The notes beneath the pieces were generated by a model, which saw only the letters and a list, made by a program, of their open reading frames with translations, was not told the origin of the DNA and ran no database searches. A stretch of DNA of 64,000 nucleotides, taken from positions 2,985 to 66,984 of the forward strand of contig JBIPLF010000005.1 in the NCBI GenBank assembly GCA_044368015.1. Direction: 5' to 3'. The stretch is from Rickettsiales bacterium. Lineage in GTDB: Bacteria; Pseudomonadota; Alphaproteobacteria; Rickettsiales; RI-342. Shown here one piece after another: positions 29,913 through 37,420 of this stretch (within the stretch, counting starts at the first letter, position 1; each line of letters opens with the position of its first letter). Made by a program: the position numbers and the translations under genes.

Positions 29913-32129
29913 ATGACCATCACGCAGTGGCAGAACGGATTTCGGGTTGATACGCGCAGGGAGCAATCCGGCAGCGTCAGCGGATTCCTGCACCTTCCGG
30001 AGGGGATGGATGCCACCTCTCTCCACCGTTTGCAAACCGCCTGCACCGCCAGAGGGTTACGCACTGATCTGGCCCTTATTCCCCAAAGCACGCAGGCGAT
30101 CCGCGTGCACGGCCTCTCTGCGGAGGATCGGCAAGCACTCCACACGGCCCTGCAACCGAAACTGCGCCCCGGAACCTCTACAGAGATCGAGGGCGACGAG
30201 CTGCTCATCACGGGACTGACCAGCGAGGCAAGCGCGGGATTCCGCCGCTGGATTGAGCGCTATGGCCGTCGCCATCAACTGACGCCTGAGCTGGAATCTT
30301 ACTCAGCCCCCCTCCCGCCCCTGCAAGGCTTGCAGGTGAGCGGTGCGAAAGATGAAAAATCGCTATTCCGCATGGTTGAGGAACTGGAGCTGGGAACCGG
30401 CAAACGCCGCGACGAATATACCGACCTCTCCCCCTGGCGCAAACGCTGGACCCAGATGGTCGAGCAGGCGCGAAGCTGGATGGCGGCTTCGTTTCTGGTC
30501 GGCGACGGACTGACCATCACCTCCACCGTGGTGGATGCGCATCGGCGCGGCATCAACCCACTCGCCCATGAGCAAATGGCGGAAGGGCTGGGATTTGCCA
30601 CCGGGAGCGGGCTGGTATTGCTGGGTGAGAAGCTCGCCAAACCCGCCAGCGAGGAGGCTGTCGTCACCCGTGCCCTCAACGCCTTCCGCAGCGGCGATGG
30701 GTTTGATTTCTCGCATTCCGGACCGTTTGAGCGGGACGGAGCGGTGATCGGTCGTGGCCCGCAACTAGTGCGGCAATGGGTGCAGCATAACAATGTCGAA
30801 TCGCTGATGCTGGCTGATCTCTGGGCGGGTTCCGGCATGTGGAGAGGGCGCAAAATGCGCACCTTCGCCGACCGCAAAGACGCCGACGGCTTCCATGTGG
30901 TACTGGATGACGAAGGCGGTGCCATGCAAACCCATGAACGCCATAAATGGAATGATTATTACTCCGGTATCGCCTACCCCACCGCAGCGGCGATCACCGC
31001 CTTTGTGCCCAAGGAAGGTGACCCCAAACCCTTCATGCATTACCGCAACATGGGGAATCAACTAACGGAGAACCCGTTCGTTTCCGGTCTGCGCAAGGCA
31101 TGGGACGGTTTCCGCGATTCCCCCATCGGACAGGCGATTGCCTACCCGTTTGAGGTGGCGAGCGATTTTATGACCCGCGATCCCTACAAGGTGGGCGGGG
31201 CGTTATTCCTGTCGCACAATATCGGGCAGATTGTGTTCAATGGCCTGTATGCCATGCAGGATCGCGGCAAACGTAACGCCATGCGCTCGCAGTTTGAGGA
31301 TAAATACGAGGCGCTGCTCACCCAGACCGACGTGTCGTTTAAGGGCGAAACACTCCCCCTCACGACGGAATTGCGGCAGAAACTGGCCGAGCTGTACGAT
31401 ACCCATACCCCCATGCTGCCGATCCGGGAAACCGATGCCAGCGGTGCGCCGGTGGAATATGGCAACCGGATGCTGAAAGAACTGGCAGAGAAGCGCCAGC
31501 GCGTGGGCAATGAGGGCCTTTCCACCGAGGACCGCTTCCTGATGCAGGAGGCCTCCGACCGCTACTACCTGACGCATCTGGAAAAACAAACGCAGAGTCT
31601 GGGTCTGCGCTTCGCCGCCTATGCCACCTTCCTGTTTGGTAACGGGATGCTGGCCATGGCCGGGAAAAAGCACGACGCGCAGTCGAACGCACTGGAAACG
31701 CAGGTGAATCCCCTTGCGGTGGTGCGCGGCATGGCGGAAAAGCTACAGGCTGCGAACCTCTCCCCCGAACAGCGGGAACAGGCGGTGACGAACATCGCAA
31801 CCTACCTGCATCAGGACGAAGCGCTGACCCGTTATGGTTTTTCGCAAGCCGAGTATCAGGAGATGCTGCGGGCGAAACTCACCGGACGAACGTCCGAGGT
31901 GGAAGCGGCCTATCTGGCGCAATCGCCGTTACTGAGCGTCATCCTGACGCCGAGCGAAGCGAAGCGGAAGGCCCCCGCAGCAGGCGTGATGTCTGGCGGA
32001 GAGATGCTTCGCGCTGCTCAGCATGACGGATTGAACGCCCTCGCCTCCCTCGCCGCCGCCCCCCAAACCGAAACCGCCACCCCCGACAATATGCGGGCAG
32101 TGGCGGAGATCGGCGATCGAGGGAAGTAG
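29913..32129 (+). CDS. Hypothetical 738-aa protein, distant paralog of 37421-39397
   Basis: Long ORF with SD GGGGG, co-directional with the two pilin-like genes. Several weakly hydrophobic segments; no recognisable catalytic motif. Confidence 0.8.
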   Translation: MTITQWQNGFRVDTRREQSGSVSGFLHLPEGMDATSLHRLQTACTARGLRTDLALIPQSTQAIRVHGLSAEDRQALHTALQPKLRPGTSTEIEGDELLITGLTSEASAGFRRWIERYGRRHQLTPELESYSAPLPPLQGLQVSGAKDEKSLFRMVEELELGTGKRRDEYTDLSPWRKRWTQMVEQARSWMAASFLVGDGLTITSTVVDAHRRGINPLAHEQMAEGLGFATGSGLVLLGEKLAKPASEEAVVTRALNAFRSGDGFDFSHSGPFERDGAVIGRGPQLVRQWVQHNNVESLMLADLWAGSGMWRGRKMRTFADRKDADGFHVVLDDEGGAMQTHERHKWNDYYSGIAYPTAAAITAFVPKEGDPKPFMHYRNMGNQLTENPFVSGLRKAWDGFRDSPIGQAIAYPFEVASDFMTRDPYKVGGALFLSHNIGQIVFNGLYAMQDRGKRNAMRSQFEDKYEALLTQTDVSFKGETLPLTTELRQKLAELYDTHTPMLPIRETDASGAPVEYGNRMLKELAEKRQRVGNEGLSTEDRFLMQEASDRYYLTHLEKQTQSLGLRFAAYATFLFGNGMLAMAGKKHDAQSNALETQVNPLAVVRGMAEKLQAANLSPEQREQAVTNIATYLHQDEALTRYGFSQAEYQEMLRAKLTGRTSEVEAAYLAQSPLLSVILTPSEAKRKAPAAGVMSGGEMLRAAQHDGLNALASLAAAPQTETATPDNMRAVAEIGDRGK
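31938..32027. repeat. Family B palindromic element inside the 738-aa ORF (in frame)
   Basis: GTCATCCTGACGCCGAGCGAAGCGAAGCGG...GAGATGCTTCGCGCTGCTCAGCATGAC, translated as VILTPSEAKRKAPAAGVMSGGEMLRAAQHD. Confidence 0.8.
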
Positions 32130-32246
32130 AGGGGGGCAAGCGGACGGGACACGGGAACACCTTGACACTAATTTGTTAATTATACTATTTACTTTGTATT
32201 TAGAATCGGCTAATGCTTCCAGCCATAATGCAGGAGGTCCGCACAC

Positions 32247-35200
32247 ATGGAATCGCACGATCAATCGCCCAAATGGTGGCAAAATGCTATTATTTATCAG
32301 GTCTACCCCCTCACCTTCCATGCCCCTGACGGGCAATATGGAACGTTACAGGGGGTTACCGAAAAAATGGATCATATCCAATCGCTTGGCGTGGATGCCA
32401 TTTGGTTATCGCCCTTTTTCAAATCTCCACTAGCGGAAGGGTTTGGGTACAATGTAACCGATTATCGCGACATCGCCCCAGAGCTTGGCTCCATGGGCGA
32501 TACAGAAGCCATGATTGCGACGGCTCATGACAAAGGCATGAAGGTGATCTTTGATTTGGTAGTCAATCACACCTCTGATAAACACCCATGGTTTGAAGCG
32601 AGTCGCAATCCCAACCACCCCGACCATTTAAAATACAAAGACTTTTATGTGTGGGCAGACCCCACCTCTGGAGAGGGCGATCCTTCGCTACGCCCACCCA
32701 GCAATTGGAAAGAAATCATTCCTCCTTTTGACGAAAGTGCCTGGACGTGGGAGCCGGAACGGCAGCAATTCTACCTGCATAATTTTGTGGATAGCATGCC
32801 GGATTTGAACCTGCGCAATCCAGAACTGGTCAAGGAATGTCAGGATATCGTGCGCTTCTGGCTGGATAAGGGAGTGGATGGTTTCCGCATGGACGCCATT
32901 CCATTCTTTCTGCATGACGAATCTCTTGCCGATGCGGATTTGGAAAATCCGGACTTCGATGCGCGCTACGCACGTCAGCGTGGCCTGCCGGAAACCACTG
33001 ACGTATTGCGTCAATTACGGGAAGTTGAAAAGGATTATAACCGCGACATCTTCTGGGTTGGGGAGGTTTTTGCCGGCGCTCCTTCCTCCGCTTACGGCGC
33101 GCTCTACACGCAGCCAGGTGCGAATGATCAGGCCTATACGGCATTATTAGCAGGCTCTCCCTTCACTGCGGATGATTGGCCTGCTGCGCTGCAGACCCTT
33201 GCCCCCGAAAAAACCAACTTCGCCAACAGCAACCACGACATGGCACGTGCCATTTCGCGCTGGAATCTGGAGAAAGGCGGGGATGCAGCGGCAAAAATGA
33301 TCGCCGCGCTTACCCTTTCCCTCCCCGGCAGCATCTGCCTTTTTCAAGGCGAAGAACTGGGCCTGCCAGATGCCCCCATCAGTGATATTCGGCGAGACTT
33401 ATTGCATTTTTCTAATCTGGAAGCGCATCGCGACTACGACCCGATCAATATTGCAAAAAATCTTGGCGACGGGGAAACCTGCCGCTCCATGATGCCATGG
33501 TCCATGGATACGGTGAAGCGCAATGACGGCTGGGTGGGCATGCCCGCCAACTATAAAAAATATACCGCCGAAGCACAGGAACAAAATCCCGATTCCGTCC
33601 TCAACTTCTACCGCGCTTTTATCCAGATGCGTAAAACACAGCCCGCGCTTCTGCATGGCGATATCCGGATGCTGGATGATACGCCGGACGGTATCTGTGC
33701 CTTTACACGCTCCTCGCCGGAGCAAAACATCTTATGCGCCTTCAACGGAACCGCGAAGGCACAGACGCTTACCTTGCCGCTTGAGTTAGCACTCGAATAT
33801 CAAACCTCCACGATTACGCTCCCTCCCTATGGGATGGCGTTGCACGATGCGAAAGGCCCTCTTGCGTTGCCGGACGAAATCACCCATAGCAAAAATTTCG
33901 CGCTGGTAGAGACGCAGCCCGATCACTCAGCAGGCGAAAAACTGCGTATCCTGATTGCATCCGCCGAAATCTCGCCCTTCAGCAAGGCAGGCGGATTGGG
34001 GGAGGCCACCAAAGGATTAACTGAGGGACTCGCCGCATTGGGACATGAGGTGCTGGTGATCTCTCCCTGGTACCAAACGAATCATAATGCATTTAAGCCC
34101 GAATGGATCGGAGATGTCAGCGTCCCCTTCGATGGTGAGTATGCAAACGCCAGCGTGGGCTGTGCAGAACGAAACGGAGTAAAGTACGCCTTCGTAGGAT
34201 ATGAACCCTATTTCGGTCGCGATAAGCTTTACGGACATGATGATGATAGCAAGCGTTTCGCGTTGCTAAACCGCGCCGTGCCGGAAGTCGCGGCCAAGCT
34301 GGGCTTCACCCCCGATGTCATCCATGCCAATGATTGGCACACCGGTTACATCCCCGCCATCCTGCACGAGAGTAGTGCGGCGCTGCTTCCGGATGGATTT
34401 GCAGATATTCCTACCGTTGCGAGCATCCATAATGCTCCCTATCAGGGTCAAGCAGGGTTGAAAGACGCCATTCACTGGCTTCGTCTTCCTGGAGATCTCA
34501 CCAACAGAGATGGTATCCGACATCACGGCGATGCTAATCCCCTGCAAGCCAACATCAACTACGCCGATGCGGTGATCACGGTGAGTCCCGGTTATGCAAA
34601 CGAACTGCGCACGCAGCCGGAATTTCAAGCGGGACTGGATATTCACTCCAATGAGCATAAGCTGATCGGCATCACAAACGGGATTGATATCGTCACCTAC
34701 AACCCAGCGAACGATTCCCTCATTCCATCCCCCTTCGATGCCCAGGACCTCTCTGGCAAGCAGGATGCCAAAACACGCTTGTGTCAAACGGTAGGCTTAA
34801 CGGAACCGGAACGCCCCATCGCCAGCATTCTTTCCCGCTTCACTCACCAGAAAGGCGTGGATATTATCGCCCAATCCATGGACGAAATGATCGCACAAGG
34901 GTGGAATCTGGTACTGGCAGGCGGTGGAGATCCGGACCTCACCGCTATGATGCAGCAAGCGGCGAAACATCATCCGGGACGTATTATCATCATCCCCCAA
35001 TTCGTTGGGGCTGAGATGGAACATTTGATCTATGCAGGTAGCGATACCACGCTTCTGCCAAGCCGCTATGAGCCTTGTGGGCAGAATCAAATGCTTGGCC
35101 AGCGATATGGAACCCTCCCCATCGCTCGTCGTACGGGTGGGCTGCAAGACACCGTAGAACACGGTAAGAATGGCTTTGTCTTTGATGAATTAACCCCAGA

Positions 35201-35438
35201 AGCATTCCAGACGGCCTGCCGCGAAGCGATCAGCTTGTATGGCACCCCCGCATGGCAAAAGATGCAACAGACGGCTATGCAGCAGGATAACTCGTGGGCA
35301 CATGCTGCCAAACAATATGAATCCATCTATTATCTACTGCATGAGGCGCGGCAAGCCAAACAATCCGATCATCATCCCGGACACGATTCTTTACGGGAGA
35401 TACAAGATGGGCTGAAGAAGCAAACACAGATAGCTTGA
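32247..35438 (+). CDS. glgA: Fusion protein: GH13 alpha-glucosidase-like domain + glycogen/starch synthase (GT5, GlgA)
   Basis: N-terminal half contains WWQNAIIYQVYPLTF, DLVVNHTS, GVDGFRMDA, VGEVF and SNHDMARA. From about nt 33939 it reads KLRILIASAEISPFSKAGGLGE (the KxGGL motif), with YEPCGQNQM and RRTGGLQDTV later. It is one uninterrupted ORF with SD GGAGG. Confidence 0.9.
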   Translation: MESHDQSPKWWQNAIIYQVYPLTFHAPDGQYGTLQGVTEKMDHIQSLGVDAIWLSPFFKSPLAEGFGYNVTDYRDIAPELGSMGDTEAMIATAHDKGMKVIFDLVVNHTSDKHPWFEASRNPNHPDHLKYKDFYVWADPTSGEGDPSLRPPSNWKEIIPPFDESAWTWEPERQQFYLHNFVDSMPDLNLRNPELVKECQDIVRFWLDKGVDGFRMDAIPFFLHDESLADADLENPDFDARYARQRGLPETTDVLRQLREVEKDYNRDIFWVGEVFAGAPSSAYGALYTQPGANDQAYTALLAGSPFTADDWPAALQTLAPEKTNFANSNHDMARAISRWNLEKGGDAAAKMIAALTLSLPGSICLFQGEELGLPDAPISDIRRDLLHFSNLEAHRDYDPINIAKNLGDGETCRSMMPWSMDTVKRNDGWVGMPANYKKYTAEAQEQNPDSVLNFYRAFIQMRKTQPALLHGDIRMLDDTPDGICAFTRSSPEQNILCAFNGTAKAQTLTLPLELALEYQTSTITLPPYGMALHDAKGPLALPDEITHSKNFALVETQPDHSAGEKLRILIASAEISPFSKAGGLGEATKGLTEGLAALGHEVLVISPWYQTNHNAFKPEWIGDVSVPFDGEYANASVGCAERNGVKYAFVGYEPYFGRDKLYGHDDDSKRFALLNRAVPEVAAKLGFTPDVIHANDWHTGYIPAILHESSAALLPDGFADIPTVASIHNAPYQGQAGLKDAIHWLRLPGDLTNRDGIRHHGDANPLQANINYADAVITVSPGYANELRTQPEFQAGLDIHSNEHKLIGITNGIDIVTYNPANDSLIPSPFDAQDLSGKQDAKTRLCQTVGLTEPERPIASILSRFTHQKGVDIIAQSMDEMIAQGWNLVLAGGGDPDLTAMMQQAAKHHPGRIIIIPQFVGAEMEHLIYAGSDTTLLPSRYEPCGQNQMLGQRYGTLPIARRTGGLQDTVEHGKNGFVFDELTPEAFQTACREAISLYGTPAWQKMQQTAMQQDNSWAHAAKQYESIYYLLHEARQAKQSDHHPGHDSLREIQDGLKKQTQIA

Positions 35439-35497
35439 CTTTTCCGCTGCCTCGCGCCATCCCTCTCCTGTCAAACTCGTTTACAAGGATGGAAGCG

Positions 35498-37129
35498 ATG
35501 CAAATCCCCGGCATGGAAAATGAATGGTGGCGCGGCGGTATTATTTACCAGATTTACCCGCGCAGCTTCGCCGATAGCAATAATGACGGCATTGGCGATC
35601 TGCCGGGCATCACCGCGAAGCTCGACTATATTGCGAGTCTGGGGGTGGACGCGATCTGGATTTCGCCCTTCTTCACCTCGCCGATGAAGGATTTCGGCTA
35701 TGATGTCTCCGACTATTACAGCGTTGACCCGATGTTTGGCACCATTGCCGATTTTAAGGCGCTGACGGAAAAAGCCCACGCACTGGGCATCAAGGTGATG
35801 ATTGATCAGGTGATCAGCCATTCCTCCGACCAACATGTCTGGTTTACCGAAAGCCGGGCAAACAAAACCAATCCCAAAGCCGATTGGTATGTGTGGGCCG
35901 ATGCTAAACCGGACGGCACTCCTCCCAACAACTGGTTGTCCATTTTCGGCGGCAGCGCGTGGGAATGGGATACGCGTCGCCAACAATATTACATGCATAA
36001 CTTCCTGAAATCACAGCCAGACCTCAACTTCCACAATCCGGAAGTGCGGCAGGCGTTGCTCGATATTCTGGAATTCTGGCTGAAGCTGGGAGTAGATGGG
36101 TTCCGCTTAGATACCGCTAATTATTATTTCCACGACCAGCAATTGCGCGATAATCCGGCCAACAGCGAAAAACTCTCCGACGTGCCGGAATCCAACCCCT
36201 ACAGCAAGCAGCAGCATATCTACGACAAAACCCGTCCGGAGAATGTGGCGTTTCTGGAGGATCTCCGCAAGGTGCTGGACAAATACCCCGGCAGCACCAC
36301 GGTCGGCGAGATCGGTGCGCATAACGCGCTGGAGATTATGCCCGTCTATACCGAGCACAATAAACGCCTGCATATGGTGTATAGTTTCGAGTTTCTGAAC
36401 AACCAGTATGGCGCAGGCTATTTCCGTCAGGTGATTACCCAACTGGAATCGAAAATCCACAATGGCTGGCCCTGCTGGGCCTTCGGTAATCACGACGTGC
36501 CGCGTGCCGTGAGCCGCTGGGGGGCGCATCTCACCCCCGCACAACAGGAGCGGTTTGCGACGTTCCTGCCGGGGCTGCTACTCAGCTTCCGCGGTTCCTA
36601 CTGCCTGTATCAGGGCGAGGAACTGGGGCTGCTGGAAGCCGAAATTCCGTTCGAGAAACTGCAAGACCCCTATGGCATTACCTTCTGGCCGGAGTTCAAG
36701 GGCCGCGATGGATGCCGCACGCCGATCCCGTGGGAATCGGGCAAACCGAATGCCGGTTTTTCGAGTGCCGAGCCATGGCTTCCCGTACCCGCCGATCACC
36801 AGTCTCGCGCCGCGAACACACAGAATGGCAAACCCAGTTCCACGCTGGAACATTACCGGAACATCCTGCATTGGCGGAAATCGCAACCCGCGCTGCGCTT
36901 CGGGGAGATTGCGTTTGTGGATGCGCCGGAACCGCTGCTGGTGTTCGACCGTACCTATCAGGGGACGACGATCCGCGTGGTGGCGAATATGAGTGAAACC
37001 GCCCAAACCCTCTCCATTGCGGGCTGGCCTGCCATGCAACCGCTGGAAGGGCATGGCTATGACGCGAGCCTCAACGGCACGACGCTCTCGCTGCCCGGTC
37101 ACAGCTTGTGGTTTGGCACGGTGGGGTAG
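35498..37129 (+). CDS. Alpha-glucosidase (GH13)
   Basis: Contains WWRGGIIYQIYPRSFADSNNDGIGDL, DQVISHSS, GVDGFRLDT, VGEI and GNHDVPR. Start chosen at ATG 35498 after AAGGA. Confidence 0.92.
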   Translation: MQIPGMENEWWRGGIIYQIYPRSFADSNNDGIGDLPGITAKLDYIASLGVDAIWISPFFTSPMKDFGYDVSDYYSVDPMFGTIADFKALTEKAHALGIKVMIDQVISHSSDQHVWFTESRANKTNPKADWYVWADAKPDGTPPNNWLSIFGGSAWEWDTRRQQYYMHNFLKSQPDLNFHNPEVRQALLDILEFWLKLGVDGFRLDTANYYFHDQQLRDNPANSEKLSDVPESNPYSKQQHIYDKTRPENVAFLEDLRKVLDKYPGSTTVGEIGAHNALEIMPVYTEHNKRLHMVYSFEFLNNQYGAGYFRQVITQLESKIHNGWPCWAFGNHDVPRAVSRWGAHLTPAQQERFATFLPGLLLSFRGSYCLYQGEELGLLEAEIPFEKLQDPYGITFWPEFKGRDGCRTPIPWESGKPNAGFSSAEPWLPVPADHQSRAANTQNGKPSSTLEHYRNILHWRKSQPALRFGEIAFVDAPEPLLVFDRTYQGTTIRVVANMSETAQTLSIAGWPAMQPLEGHGYDASLNGTTLSLPGHSLWFGTVG

Positions 37130-37154
37130 GATAGCATTCTCATTGCACAATCTA

Positions 37155-37193
37155 GTCCCTCTCCCGCTTGCGGGGGGTTAGGGAGGGGTGTTG
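37155..37193. repeat. Half-copy of the family P palindromic element
   Basis: GTCCCTCTCCCGCTTGCGGGGGGTTAGGGAGGGGTGTTG matches the right arm of the elements at 52875-53078 and 62198-62386. Confidence 0.7.
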
Positions 37194-37328
37194 CCGCCTA
37201 ATCTCGAGCGCACTTCTCCAAGGGTGGTGAGCTCAGGATTACCAAGAAGGCCTCTTTCGTACAGGTGAACAGTTGTGCCATCCGGAAGGCCAGCGGTGAG
37301 TGGTCCCGCCTGTTCATTGGGAATAACG

Positions 37329-37340
37329 CCCCCCCCCCCC
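37329..37340. repeat. Homopolymeric C12 (G12 on the minus strand) tract
   Basis: Read directly from the sequence. It lies 81 nt beyond the stop of the 658-aa gene. Confidence 0.95.
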
Positions 37341-37420
37341 TCTCCTGGTGGAGCTGTACCTGTCCTCCCTCAAGATTACAGATCATAGTTATCCATGTTT
37401 TTTCATGCATCATCTCTCTC

